From NCBI GenBank assembly GCA_051294375.1, contig CM119263.1:23384403-23448402 (forward strand): a DNA stretch of 64,000 nt, read 5' to 3'. Source of the DNA: Paraspadella gotoi. Lineage: Eukaryota; Animalia; Chaetognatha. Shown piece after piece: positions 37,168 to 51,730 of the stretch. Each line of letters begins with the position of its first letter. Within the stretch, counting starts at the first letter, position 1. The position numbers and the translations under genes were made by a program. The notes under the pieces were generated by a model. That model searched no databases. It was not told the origin of the DNA and was given only the letters and a program-made list of their open reading frames with translations.

Positions 37168-40100
37168 GAGAGTGAGAGAGACAAAATGTGAAAAAAAGTA
37201 AAACAAATATATCCTTAAGTTTAGGTGAAAAAGCAGAAATTCTATGTAAAAAAGTTTCGGACGAAAAACCCAAAAACCGAAAAAGGCGTCGACAACGAAA
37301 AAGAAAAAATCTCGATTTGGATTTAAAGATTTTTTATTGAAAATCGAAAAACAAAATAAAACAAAATAAAATTTAAAAAAAGGGGGAAATATTCACGAGT
37401 CCGAACTTAGAAAAGGAGAAAAAGAAATAAACGGGAAAAAGGGTCTGGATCGACCCCGACCCTCGAGGCCATTTTCAGGTTGGATCACCGATCGTCGTCG
37501 TCTTCGTCGTCGTCACTGTTATTAATACAAAGACGCTGATTTATGGGCACCGAAGCTTTGGAGAGTTTTTAAAAATCCCGCGCCACAAAAAGATTAAAAC
37601 GGGACAAAAACCGTCAGAGCGGTCTTAAGACGGGAATTGATGAGGGCCGATCATCGGTCGAGGATGAGGAGGAGGGGGTGGAAGAGGAGGAGGAGGAGAA
37701 GGAGGCCGTGATGGTGGAACGGGTGGGGAGTATGGATGTGAGCGGGAGTGAATCGTCGTGAGGATTTATGCGAAGACTACCGAGAATTTAAAAAAAAAAA
37801 GAGAGAAGAGAAGTTCACAGGAGTGAAACTTGAGAGAAGTGAAGGCTCGTGAAGTCAATGGAAGTGGGGAGGGGAGGAGGGGAGATAAGAGGAGTGGATA
37901 GAGAGGAGTGAGGTTTGATGAGAAACGTGAAAGTCTTGCGAGCCACAAGCAGATCTGAGTCGCTTCCCTTTTTAGGTTTTGTTTTCAGTTGTAATTTGTT
38001 TTGACTTGTGAGAAGAAACCGAAGAAAATAGCGTAAGATGAGTGGAGTGTCGACGATGACGACGACGACGACGAAAGTCACGTTAAAATGGATCAATGCA
38101 GTTTGTGTAAAAAAATTGCTGTGATATGGAGGAGACGACGAGGAAAGTGAGATGGAGTGGAGCACTGGAGCAGTGGAGCAGTGGTTGAGGAGTTGAAGAA
38201 GAGGCTGGGTAGGAGTCGAAGAGAGGTGGTTTGGAAATTAGGGAACAGGAGTTGAGATCCAAAAGACCGGAACGGAGATGCTCGCCCGATTTCAACATCG
38301 ACGAACGCATAAACAGACGACGATTGAAAAAAGGAGGAAAAATGGGGAAAAAAAGGGAGGAAAGAGAAAGAAAAAGAGGAAGGAAAAATGGGGGAAAAAA
38401 GGAAGGAAAGAGAAAGAAAAAGAGGAAGGAAAAATGGAGAAAAGTTAAACGTGAAATATTTTCACTGATGCTGCGTCGTGGAGCTGAGCGGTTGAGGAAT
38501 TCGGGGAAATGAACTTGAGTTTTAAATTAGAAGTTGAGATGAGCTGAGAGTTAGTGAAGATGAAAAACTATGAAGATGATGTAATAATATAAATGAAAGA
38601 CATAAACTGATATACATATACCATATAACCCGGCACAATGTAAAAAAATAAGGATAACGGTTGAGTTCGGCATTGGGAATACATCACATCAGATGTTTAA
38701 ATGAGCCTAAAGATGATGAGATGATATAATCTCAGGCGAGTAGTTGAGATGAGATGTCAGGAGAGGAGACGAAGCCGAGGAGTCGAGCAGAATTGATGAT
38801 TTTCGATCCAACTTCTTTCTCTAACAGTTGGAATCGTCTTAAGTGGGCCGAAAGGCATTAAAGATTTATGTGAAGTTAAAAGAAGATCTTTTCAATCGCA
38901 AAAAAAAAAGAAAGAAAAAGATGAAGATTTTTTTTTTATTTCCCAAAAAGCAGAAACGAAAAAAAAATTACGGAGACTAAAAAAAATTTCGTTCATTTTT
39001 AGATTGGAAAAANNNNNNNNNNNNNNNNNNNNNNNNNNNNNNNNNNNNNNNNNNNNNNNNNNNNNNNNNNNNNNNNNNNNNNNNNNNNNNNNNNNNNNNN
39101 NNNNNNNNNNNNNNNNNNNNNNNNNNNNNNNNNNNNNNNNNNNNNNNNNNNNNNNNNNNNNNNNNNNNNNNNNNNNNNNNNNNNNNNNNNNNNNNNNNNN
39201 NNNNNNNNNNNNNNNNNNNNNNNNNNNNNNNNNNNNNNNNNNNNNNNNNNNNNNNNNNNNNNNNNNNNNNNNNNNNNNNNNNNNNNNNNNNNNNNNNNNN
39301 NNNNNNNNNNNNNNNNNNNNNNNNNNNNNNNNNNNNNNNNNNNNNNNNNNNNNNNNNNNNNNNNNNNNNNNNNNNNNNNNNTTTTTTTTTTTTTTTTTGA
39401 TGAAAAAAAAATCTTTTTGTCAAAATTGATCCTCGCGATCACGTGGCAAAAATGACGTCGGAAGCAAAGGAAGTGGACAAGAATTTTGTCCTCTCTCTCT
39501 CTCTCTCTCTCTCAACAGAAAAACAGATAAAAAAAAAAAATTCGAAAATAAAAGAGAAAAATATTTCTCTCTGTTCATTTCACTTTTCGACATAAAAGTT
39601 TTTGTCGATGGCTAAATTGAAAGATTGAAACCTATGATATTTATGACTTGAAGAGCCGCTGCCCCGGAGGATTTTTCGGCTGCTGCCGTCGTCGCTGCTG
39701 CTGCTTCAGCTGCGGCGGAACGATGTCGAGCCTTCGGTTGGAAATTACCGACTATCAATGAGAGAGAGAGANNNNNNNNNNNNNNNNNNNNNNNNNNNNN
39801 NNNNNNNNNNNNNNNNNNNNNNNNNNNNNNNNNNNNNNNNNNNNNNNNNNNNNNNNNNNNNNNNNNNNNNNNNNNNNNNNNNNNNNNNNNNNNNNNNNNN
39901 NNNNNNNNNNNNNNNNNNNNNNNNNNNNNNNNNNNNNNNNNNNNNNNNNNNNNNNNNNNNNNNNNNNNNNNNNNNNNNNNNNNNNNNNNNNNNNNNNNNN
40001 NNNNNNNNNNNNNNNNNNNNNNNNNNNNNNNNNNNNNNNNNNNNNNNNNNNNNNNNNNNNNNNNNNNNNNNNNNNNNNNNNNNNNNNNNNNNNNNNNNNN

Positions 40101-40527
40101 NNNNNNNNNNNNNNNNNNNNNNNNNNNNNNNNNNNNNNNNNNNNNNNNNNNNNNNNNNNNNNNNNNNNNNNNNNNNNNNNNNNNNNNNNNNNNNNNNNNN
40201 NNNNNNNNNNNNNNNNNNNNNNNNNNNNNNNNNNNNNNNNNNNNNNNNNNNNNNNNNNNNNNNNNNNNNNNNNNNNNNNNNNNNNNNNNNNNNNNNNNNN
40301 NNNNNNNNNNNNNNNNNNNNNNNNNNNNNNNNNNNNNNNNNNNNNNNNNNNNNNNNNNNNNNNNNNNNNNNNNNNNNNNNNNNNNNNNNNNNNNNNNNNN
40401 NNNNNNNNNNNNNNNNNNNNNNNNNNNNNNNNNNNNNNNNNNNNNNNNNNNNNNNNNNNNNNNNNNNNNNNNNNNNNNNNNNNNNNNNNNNNNNNNNNNN
40501 NNNNNNNNNNNNNNNNNNNNNNNNNNN

Positions 40528-40560
<33 letters not shown>

Positions 40561-41739
40561 AAGATTTCAGTTTTAGAATTCGACTTTAATTATTTTCAAA
40601 ACATACTTGGAATTAATTTAGGATTGAATAATGAAAGGCCGAGGAATGATTTGACAGCTAATGAAAACGCATTAATTACGACTTATACAGCCGTTTCTGA
40701 TAAAATATAGTTAACTGTTATCACGCTTTTGATCTATTAATATCTGTTACACTTATATTCTAAAGCTAAACTTAGGATTCGAAATTATTTAATTAGAAAT
40801 TAATTATTCAAAACTTTTTAGTCAAGCTTTTTCGAAATAAACCTTGTTTATATCTGAACACAAGAGCCTCTTTGAAAAAAAAATTTCGATCGAGAGATGA
40901 GAACCGCGGATGTGGCACCTGCCCAGTTCTGTTCCTACGAGGACCCCGTTCTCGCCTCCCCTCCCTCTAAATTCCTACGAGGACCCGAAATCAGGATTAT
41001 CCCTCTTTTTTTTTTATTTCGAAATCCTCGATTCGAGCCTAAAAAATAAAAAAAAGTCGTTTTTTTATTTCTTCCAAATTTTCTAATTCTATCTCGCGCT
41101 CCAATTCTGACCACAAAGCAAACAGCTGACAACGATGCCTTCGCTTTGATTTAAAATGGGAAAAAATATTTTCTCTCCACCGGAAACAAAAGTAAAAAAA
41201 AAAGTGTCTATCGAAGGAGAGGGGGCATAGGGAGGGGGCAAGGGGGCAGGGGGATGGTTGGTACGAAGGGTGGTCGAGGAAAAGGGATTAGGAGCTGACG
41301 AAGAAAAGGGGGTTAAAGTTTTAAATAATAAAAAAAGCGATTCGGAGCTAAAATCTAAAGTTTCTCGTAGTAATATTTAAATGATATTTTTCAAAAGAAA
41401 TAAAAATACAATCGAAATTAACTGTATTTTAAAAACGAAGTTAGGAAATACCCTTTGACTAAAAATAAAAAAAGGGGAAAAAAATACTCTCATCCGATCG
41501 AAATAGAGAAAATTCGTCTGTTCGGATTTTCTCCCAAGATTTTCTGTTCTCTCGTCTCATTATTTAATTTCCAAGTCTCTTCTTCCAATTATGTCCACGA
41601 ATTTCATCTCCAAAATTTTTATTTCAAATTTATTTATTTTCTTTTCAAATCTTTGTTTCAAAATTTTGTTTCCGGGATTTCAAAACACGAACCTGCCGCA
41701 CTTGCGCCACAGCCTTCCTCCTTTTCATTCGATCCCGCC

Positions 41740-43985
41740 GACCTTCCAACTCCCTTCTCTTCAGAATCAGACTCGCCAGAATCAATCTCTCGTCTCGCCC
41801 CCCCCCGCCCTTGCCAGATCCTTCTCTGCAGACCATCCCCCCCAGCAATCATCTCATCGCTCTGTCAGCCGCCTCCGCCCCCTTCCCAACTCCGTATCTC
41901 TCAGAATCCCCCACCAGAACAATGCTCATCGCTCGCACGTCCCCCGCGAACCCCTTCGCATGACTCCCTTCTGAACCTAGACCGTCCGTCTCCTCTGTCG
42001 CCCTAGGACATATTACTATGCCCCTCAACTCCCTTCTCTCAGAATCACGGCCCCCCCAGAATCAATCTCCTCGTCTGCCGCCCCCCCGCCCTTCCACTCT
42101 CTTCTCAAGAATCCCCCAGAATCAATCTCTCGCTCGCCGCCCCCCCCCCCTTCCAACTCCCTTCTCTCAGAATGCCCACCGCGCAGAATCAATTCTCGCA
42201 TCGAAAGACCCCGCCCCCTTCCGCAACTCCTTACTCTCAGAAATCACCCCCCAGAATCAATCTCCGTCGCCCCCCCCCTTCCAACTCCGTCTTCTCTCAG
42301 AATCCCCCGGCAGAACAATCTCTGCGCGCGCCCCCCCCCCCTTCAACTCCTTCTCTCCAGAATGCTCCCACCAGAAATCAATCTCTCGGCTCGCCACCCG
42401 CGCCCTGTCCGAACCCCTTCTTCAGAATCAGCCCCCCGAATCAATGCTCCGCATCTATGCATTCGCCCCCCGCGCCCTTCAACTCCTTCTCTCAGATCCC
42501 CCAGAATCATCCTCTCGCTCGCCCCCCCCCTTCCAGCGCCCTACTCTGCTCAGAATCCCGCCAGAATCAATCTCTCGCTCGCCCAGCCCCTCCTCCTTCC
42601 ACCAACCTCCTTCTTCTCAGAGATCCCTCCCCCGGAATCAATCTCTCGCGATGTGGCGGTCTCCACCCCCCCCTTACCAACTCCCTTCTCTCAGAATCCC
42701 CGACCGAATCAATTCTGCTCGCCCCCCCCGCGGTGACCCTTCCAACTCACCTCCTGTCTCCTCAGAATCCGCCCCGAAAATCAATCTCGTCGCTGCCCCC
42801 CCCCCTTCCAACTTCCCTTCTCTACAAAATCCCCCCAGAATCAATCTCTGCGCTCGCCCCCGGCCCCCCTTCCAATCCCTTCTCTCAGAAGCCCCCGCAG
42901 AATCAATCTCATCGCTCGCCCCCCCCTTCCAACTCCCTTCTCTCAGAATCCTCCCCAGAATCAATCTCCTCGCTCGCCCCCTATCCAACCGCCTTGCTCT
43001 CAGAACCCCCCAGAATAATCTCTCGCTCGCCTCGCGCGCGTCCCGCACCCTTCCAACTCCCCTTCTCTCAGAATCCCCCCCCAGAATCATATCTCTCCGC
43101 TCGGCGCCCCCCCCCCTTACAACCCCTTCTACTCAGAATCCCCCCCAGAAATCAATCTCGTCGCTCGCCCCCCCCCCCTTCCACTCGCCTTCTCTCGAAT
43201 CCCCAGAAATCAATGCATCCTCGCTCCGCCCCCCCCCCCGCTTCCAACTCCCCTTCTCTCAGAATCCCCGCAGAATCAAATCTCCTCGCATCCGCCCCCT
43301 CCCCCTTCCAACTCCTTGCTCTCAGAATCCCCCAGAATGCAATCTCTCGCTCGCCCCCCCACCTTCCAACTCGCCTTACTCTCGAATATCCTCCCCAAAA
43401 TCAATCCTCTCTCGCCCCCCCCCCTTCCACTCCCTTCTTCCAGAATCCCCAGCAATCAATACTCTCGTCGCACCCCCCCTTCCAAACTCCCTTCTTTCAG
43501 AATCCTCCCGCAGCAGATCAATGCTCTCGCTCGCCCCCTTCCACTAACTCCTTCTCTCAGAAATCGCCTCCCAGAATCAATTCTCTCGCTCAGCCCCCCT
43601 TCCCTTCCAACCACCTTCTCTCAGGAATCCCCCCAGCATATCAATCTCTCGCTCGCCGCCCCCCCCTTCATCAACTCCCTTCTCTGAAATCCCCCCAGAA
43701 TCATTCGTCGCTCGCCCCCCCCCCGCCTTCCAAACTCCTTTCCTCTCAGAATCCCCCCAGAATCAATCTCTGCTGCTCGCCCCCCCCCTTCATCCCTTCC
43801 TCCTCAGAATCCCCCGCGAATCAATCTCTACGCTCGCGCCCCCCCCTTCCAACTCCCTTCTCTCAGAATCCCCCCAGAATCAATCTCTGCGTGCTCGCGA
43901 CCCCCCCTTCCAACTCCCTTCTCGTCAGAATCCCCCCCAAGAATCAATCTCTCGCTCGCCCCCACCCCCCCTTTCCACCGCTCCA
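41740..43985. repeat. minisatellite, ~55-bp unit CAGAATCCCCCAGAATCAATCTCTCGCTCGCCCCCCCCTTCCAACTCCCTTCTCT, roughly 35-40 copies
   Basis: The unit is visible repeatedly, with scattered indels typical of an unpolished read. Confidence 0.9.
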
Positions 43986-44084
43986 GATCCGCCAGAACAA
44001 CTCGTGCCCCTTCGATCCTTCTTCAATCCCAGAATTCTTCGGGCTCGCCCCCCCTCCTGCCCTCAATCCGTATCTTGCCCCCCA

Positions 44085-44119
44085 AATAGGTCCCTTCTGC
44101 TCCGAATTAAGAAAAAAGA

Positions 44120-44184
<65 letters not shown>

Positions 44185-44860
44185 AAAGACGGTTTCTTCT
44201 GTGGCGAGGTGGAAATCGAAATGGAAAGAGCCACGAATCGCAAATATCGCGACCGCTTCCATTTATGAGCCACCAGGTGAGGATTTTCCTCGTCGGATGA
44301 TAAACAACGGAACAATCAGCTAATGTCTTCGCCGCCGCAACGNNNNNNNNNNNNNNNNNNNNNNNNNCCCACCACTAAGGCTCCCTTTCTTTTGCTCCGA
44401 ATTTATAAAGATGAAAAGGAGAATGCACGCGTGAGAGGAGAGAGAGAGAGAGAGACCGAGACAGAGAGAGAGAGAGAGAGAGAGGAGAGGGGAGATCAGA
44501 GATAGAGGAAAGAAGGAGCGAGAGAGGCGAGAGGAGTGGAATGGACAGAGGAGGAGAGTAGAGGGGAGAGGAAGGAAAAGAAGAAAAAGACCGCGGTTTT
44601 TCTTTCTGTATGGTGCAGAGGTATGTACTATTTGTGAATCGCAAAAATGGGGTTGTGTGGGGGCGAAATTCGAACAGACCCGCGAATCCCGCAAAAATTT
44701 TGTTTATTCATTCGGCCGTCTCCATGCCAGCCAGCGCTATCCTTATTTATGTGGTGACACCAGGATTTGAAGGAGCTGATTATTTCCTCCACGTTCGGAT
44801 GAATATAAATTTAAACAATGAGGAAAACAATCAGCTAATGTCTTCCGCCGCCGCAACGCA
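44085..44860. repeat. short direct duplicate across a 25-N gap (44085-44342 vs 44378-44860)
   Basis: Both copies end in caatcagctaatgtcttc(c)gccgccgcaacg. The second copy is insertion-laden. Confidence 0.75.
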
Positions 44861-44931
44861 AGTCGTCGTCGTGTGAAGCGCGAAATAATACTTTTTCCTA
44901 GTTCCTACTCTTCTCACTTCCCTTTCTCTCT

Positions 44932-45017
<86 letters not shown>

Positions 45018-46549
45018 TCTCAGCTCACACTCTCCACACTATCGTGTTTTCCCCTTCTTTCACGCAAAAACCTCTCCTTTCCTGTTTTTTTGGGGTTTTG
45101 CACTTTTTTCTTTCGTTGGTGATCGACTTTGGGCCGTCGTCGTCGTCGTCGTCGTCGTCGTCATTAAAACGAAGACGCAAAAACCTCCAACGAAATGACA
45201 ACAACACCTTTTCTTCGATCCAGAAATGAAGATGACGATTAATCGTTGACGACGACGACGACGACGACGAAAACAATGATCGAGTGAAGACGCATTTCGG
45301 TAGCCGTTTCACAATTCGTTACTCGAGCATCACGATTCACGAGTTTCGCGCGACACAAATCACGTTTCCCTCACTGACGTTATCGTCAACCTCCGTTTCT
45401 TCTTCTTCTTCGTCGTCGTCGTCGTCGTTCTCATTAGCGAATTCGTCGTCGTCGGCGCAATAGTACACATTTGGTGACGTCAGGCGCCGGGATTTTGGCA
45501 TCGAATGTGGAATCGTATCTTCGATTGAGAAGTTTTGAGCTCAAAAGTGAAAAGCGGAAAAAACAAGAAAAAAAAAAGTTGGGTAAAAAAAGGCGAAAAG
45601 GGAAGGAATAGTAGTAGATGTTGGCTGCTCGGATTTTTTCTGGAATATTTTCAAATTCTTAACGAATCGCATCAATAAAAATCTCGCCCTCGATTCATTC
45701 TTGGTGATCGAGCTGAATTAGGGAATCACGATCCGACGGGTCTGCTCAATCTTCAAAGTATACATCCGGTTTGCCGTCGCTGATGTTAAAAAGTTATGGG
45801 CTGAGTCCTGACTAAAAAATTATTCATATTCCATAAAGGACTTTAAACTGTATGCTAAATTTCGTAATCAAATTTATACCTCAAATCGTGTCCGTACGCC
45901 ATTATCAAAACGGATATATATCATCATTCCATTTTTGACTGTTTTATACTCATAGAAGTAAAAATGTAACAGCTCGACATTTTTCTCTGCTTAATCGATT
46001 TTGTTTTCCATTTTTTCCCCAAAATTTCTTGTTTCGTTCCCTGAAGGTTTCGAATCGCGATTTAAGGCTCACGTACGAATTCGACGTGAGGAGGAAGAAG
46101 ATTTAAGAGAAAAAAGAAGTAATTGTAAAAATAGGAGAGAAAGAAGGAAATGAAGTAGAAGAAGAATAAGAAGGAGAAAAAGAAGAAGAGAAACGGAGGA
46201 AAAAGGAAAAAGGAGAGGAAGACAATGGAATAAGAAAAGGAAAGTGAACGAGAAAAAAACATGGCATAAAAAAAGAAAGAAAAACAATCAGATACTTAAG
46301 TCAAAAGCGAAGGGGGACTCTGAACAGACTACAAAGAGACAAATCAGTCATTTAATACCGGGAACAAAAAACGTTCAGTAACGGTGACCATGAACGAAAC
46401 AACGAACAAAAACAGAGAACAAAACAGCAAAGGGAAACGAGGATGGCGTCGCTTGGCAACGAAATTTGCCGACAGAAGGAATTAAGACGAAACGTGACGA
46501 AAATTCAGGTTAATTCCACTAAACCAAACGATCGCTTAAAAAAAGGGGG

Positions 46550-46598
<49 letters not shown>

Positions 46599-46694
46599 AG
46601 AGAGAGGAGAGAGAGAGAGAAGACAGACTGAGAATCGATACATGCGTAAGACCACCTTCGGAATATCTTTGAAATAAAATATCAGGGGTGAAAT

Positions 46695-46725
<31 letters not shown>

Positions 46726-46755
46726 GAGAGAGAGGAGTAGAGAGAGAGGAGAGAG

Positions 46756-46787
<32 letters not shown>

Positions 46788-47704
46788 AGAGATCTACGTA
46801 TATATACCACCGGCGGCTTTTTTCTTTTCTCTCTCGTTTCGAGATAGAGAAACATCATATCCCCATATTCATCACTAACGGACACTCACGTGCACGCAAG
46901 GACTCTCTCTCTCTCTCGCACTCAGACTCGCACGTTTTCCAAAAGACGAAAGACGATCTTTCGCAAACGTAAGCATCATTTTTTCTCCTCTTTTCTCTCT
47001 TATTTCCCTGTGTATATCAATTCCTGCGGGACAGAAAAAGGGAAAAAAAGGAAAACGTTTTTTTCTTTTTCTCTCTTTCTAAAAAAAAGTATAAGATCAA
47101 AGCTTGGGACTGACCCGAGTGACCCCGCCAGGGGAGGAGGAGGAGGAGGTGGCGGAGGGGGGGCGGGAAAGATGGAGAAGATGAACTGAAAATGAAAAAG
47201 AAAAAATCCTCCTTTAATCTGCGGACTGGTACTGTGATGGAACCACCTAGGCTTTCTGTGGGCCGTCGAGGGGGGTGTGTGGTGCTGGTTCTCGAAAGAA
47301 AAGCACCCCCTCCGCGGCAACCGGGCCAGCCCCTCTCTGGGGTGCGGCCCCCCGCCCCGACCGCCCCGATATCGAGGGGCGGTGGCCACCCTATCTCTAG
47401 ACAGGCTTTCTTCCGAGGATTTCACGACCGGGTGATCTGGTGAACGAAGAGGGGGCGGTGGGGGAGGGGGGTCGGACGAATAATGACGGTGGGGCCGTAA
47501 GAAGTGAAAGTGGGAAGTCTCCGAATTGTAAGCACGCGGATGCCCTTTTATTTGGTTGAAGATCGAACACAAGGATTGAAATGCAGGAGTTATGTTATGT
47601 TATGTATGTATGTTATTATGTATCGATATGAAAGTTGTCATAGGAAATGCCAGAGCATATTTTGCTAATCGAGCACATCCTTTTCAGTCTATCGCGCTCT
47701 ACAT

Positions 47705-48383
47705 AAGAGTGGAGCACTCAAGAAACAAAAAAATTATTTGAAAGACGAAACGCAATGATATTTAGATGATGAGAAGTATGATTAACTATACAAAAAATAT
47801 TTTGCTTCAGATATATCTCGCTATCGGGGGAAACAGAATAGTAAAATATAATTATATTTGTAGTAAATTATCCTTATATAAATAGTATAAATTCTTAAAA
47901 ATAATTTTTTAACAACTTATTAAGATCAGATTCTCATAAAAAGTTGATATGAAAAAACATATTAAAACGATGTTGTATCAAAAATTCTGTTCATCTTCAA
48001 GTTGTTAAAATAAGAAAAAAAGGTGAAAATTCCTGACTTTTTTATTCTCTTCGTGTCAGTAGAAACTTATATATGTTAAAACGTTTTTACGTCATTTTTT
48101 GCTTGTATCTAAACATTAAAATCATATATAACATATTTTATTTAAAGTGTTCTTATTTTTTTACAGCGAATCCAAATCCGTCTGTAAAATTAAAAAAATT
48201 ATTTTGAAATTGACCGATTTTATAAGCGATATTACTACATAAATAATGAATTGCTATACATATCTGTATATGCTCTAAAAAAATTTTTTAAACGGGTATT
48301 TAAAATTCCATTAATTATATCGTCCATAGCGGGCAGCAAAAAAAAATAATTTCAATCACTCAATCTTTTCATCACTCCACCCT
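47705..48383. mobile_element. non-autonomous hAT-type DNA transposon (MITE-like, ~0.7 kb)
   Basis: Absent from the homologous copy at 51731-51746. Ends are (T)AGAGTGGAG...CTCCACCCT(A). Flanked by an 8-bp duplication GTCTACAT (clean at 48384-48391, noisy on the left). AT-rich interior with no ORF. Confidence 0.75.
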
Positions 48384-48592
48384 GTCTACATTTCATACGT
48401 TCCGTTCCGCACCGTCTATCAATTCCGTCCTTTTTCTTCACTCTGTCTCCCTCCATCACTTTGTCATAAAGCGGCTCGCATAGAAAAATCTCGATCTCAG
48501 ATTTTGTTTGTGAGATCATCATTCGCACTCTTTTTTTCCCCGCTGTGTCTTCTAATTTTCTTTTTCCGTTCTCAACCTACGCCTCTCTCAGT

Positions 48593-48626
<34 letters not shown>

Positions 48627-48641
48627 TCTCCTCTCTCTCCT

Positions 48642-48689
<48 letters not shown>

Positions 48690-51600
48690 CCTCTTCTCTC
48701 TCTCTCTTCTCTCTCTTCTCCCTTTGAACTTTCCTTATACTTGTTATTCCCCTTACCCCCTTTTCCTATTCACCCCCTCCAAAGATCTCACCCCCTTCTT
48801 TCCACCCTCCCCCCCCAGGTCCCCCCCCCCTTTCTTTAGCCTCGGGACTCGAAAAGGAGAAGAGAAACTCAATCGCAGTTAAAATTTTCTCGTTCGGATT
48901 TCCAAAAATGGTGGAAGAGATCTATATCCGCCGCCCAGAGTCTCGTGTCACTCCGGCTTTCCCTTTTTTTTTTCCCGTTATATTTCGCGGAAACATACGT
49001 TCGTCCCTTTCGCGATATTCGCGATTCCCTTCGTTCGTCATTTTCTTTTTTTGTTCCATTTTTCCTCAAGTTGTTTAAAGTTTAATGATTATTTGTTAAA
49101 GATTCGCTTTTCTTTACAAAGCTCTTGTTTATTTGTTCTCTTTTCAGAGTTTTTAACTTTTTGTATGTGGGAGTATTTAACTTTCTTAAGCTCATTTACT
49201 TTTGTGTGTTAGACTCTCTTTGACTTCCTCTTACCTCTTTAATTTTTTAGTTTATTTATTAGTTATATATAACCTAGCTATTAATTATTATTTGTTAATT
49301 TTTCTTTCTTCATTTCTTTCTTCATCTCTCTTTGTCTGTTTGTCGCGATTCACAAGGACTCGATCTTCTTCCAGAATTAATCGCAAAAAAGCAGGATCAA
49401 GAAAGAAAGAGAAAGAAAAAAGAATAAAAAGCAAATAGAGAAAAGAAGAAAAGAATAGGAAGAGAAACGAAAATATAAAAAAAAGAAAAACAAAGATAAA
49501 TAAAGAGAAAAAAAGAAAGAGAAAAGAAAAAACAAAGAAAAAAACAAGAAAAAGTTACGAGAAATAGCCTAGACAAAAAAAAGAAAGAAAAGAAGAAGAA
49601 AGATAGAAAGGAAAGAAGACAGAAAAAAGAGCAGAAGAAAAGAAGCAAGAAGGAAGAAGAAGAGGAAAGAAGGAGATTAAATGTTATCGACTACCAACAA
49701 CAATGACTATCGACACTCGAGAGTTAAAAGCTAGAAGTCACCGTATGGAAAATATGTTTAATCAATACTTTGACGGTCGATGCTTGGTAAACACCACTCC
49801 GCTTCATAACTTCTTTAGTCATATGATGATGGAAGACTTGCAAAAACTAGTAGTCGAAACATGTCCGTTTGTTAATAATAAATCCGTTGTTGTTCTCAAA
49901 CTATAAACTTTGTTTTCTCTCTAATCTAAAATCGTAAAACGAAAAGAAAGTCTTAACACATGTCTAGCAATAGTATAGTACAAAACAAAAGGATAAAAAT
50001 ACAATACCTATAGCCAAACCGTTTGAATGCTTAGGTGTTCTCTTCTATCGACTTAGTCACAAGTAACCCAACCCTATCTCACCATTTTTGCGTTACTATG
50101 GTAAAAATTTGTGTATTGATTCGCTGAAAAGCTATATAATAAAGAAGACAAAATCTGGAACCAGCAAAATAAATGGTAAGCCATCTACCGTGAATATTCA
50201 CGAATAATCGGAGAGACAAAAAAAGGAAAGCTGAAAACTAAAATAATAAAAATAAGGCCAGCACAGACACAAAAAAAAAAAAAAAAAGAAAAAGAAAAAC
50301 GAAGCCGAAGCGGAAAAGAGGAAGAAGACGTGAATAAAATCAAGTGCTGGCGGGAAATTGATTATAAAGAAGACGAAAATTCGTCTGTCAGGTTACATAG
50401 AGGAGGAAGAGAAAGAGATGAGAGAAAAGAGAGATGGTCAAAACGCCGAGATTAGAAGGGAAGTATAAGAGACGAGTATTGCTAATGTTAAAACTAGCGA
50501 ACATGCTTATATTAACCCGGACGAAGTGTGACTGATTGAGATGAAGGCATGATTCACGAATATTTCTTTTATCGCCAGACTGATGAGCATGAAGGATGCT
50601 GTTTGCGACAATATGATCGGCAGTTGCGTTGTTATATTTGTTTTTTGTTGGCTGTTCTATCGTAAGTAAACGCAAAATTACAAATTAAAGGTATATATTC
50701 TTAGCAATTATTTTCCAATACAAAAGTATTCCATTGATTGGTTCGAGCGAGAGATAACATGAGTTTGCACGCGTGTACAGTGAGGAAAGTGTCACTTCAT
50801 TTCGGAATAATAATAATTTAAATCAATTTTTTATTTAAAGAAGATCACCGGGATTGAATTCGCCCGGTTTGTAAAATTCACGTGACCTCGGTATATTAGC
50901 GCCCGTCCGCTCTCCAAGTCTTTCAGAAGTCGTCGTTTCTCGTCGGTTTTCTCGTCGTTTTCGTCGTTGCGTTCGTCGTTGTCGTTCGTTTTCATCGTCA
51001 ATTCTGCTTCATATTTTGACGGGAAAGATTTCGGAAGTTTAGAAATTATTAACCGACGAATCGAGACGCTAGAAATTTTACAGGAGAGACGGATTAACTG
51101 ATTATAAAGTGACATTTAATCCCGAATAAAGTACTGACTTAATTCGGTGAGAACGATTCACCTCTGTTCACACACGGAATGCTTTTCAGTGCGCTGTGAG
51201 ATTTTACCGCGAAAAAAAAAGAACTGAATTTGTGATAACTAATTTTGCGACAAAGTATCGGATCGCGTCGATCCGCGGGATGATAACGAACGGATCGCGG
51301 TCGTTTCCCGTCATCCGCAGCAACATCTACCTGATGTCGCTCATCCTTTAAAAAAAGGCATTCATGTCACAAAAAAGAATTCCAAATATGCAAACAAAGA
51401 AATTGAACGAAGAATGGGAGAAGAAGCAGAGAAAAAAAGGTGCGAAATAAAAAAGATGATTGAAATGAAGAAAAGTATCTCTCTCTTTNNNNNNNNNNNN
51501 NNNNNNNNNNNNNGGGGGACGAATGGACGGTGGGTGGGGCAGAAGTGAAAGTGGGAGTCTCACGAATTGTAAGCCACGCGGATGCCCTTATTTGGTGAAG

Positions 51601-51730
51601 ATCGAACCAAGGATTGAAATGCAGGAGTTATGTTATGTTATGTTATGTTATGTTATATTATGTTCGATAGAAAGTGTCATAGAGAATGCCAGAGCTATTT
51701 GCTAATCGAGCACATCTTTTCAGTCTATCG

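Noticed and set aside
42018-44124. 509-aa and 650-aa Pro/Ser-rich ORFs
   Set aside because: They are translations of the C-rich 55-bp minisatellite, which is poor in stop codons in all frames. No splice signals or domain content.
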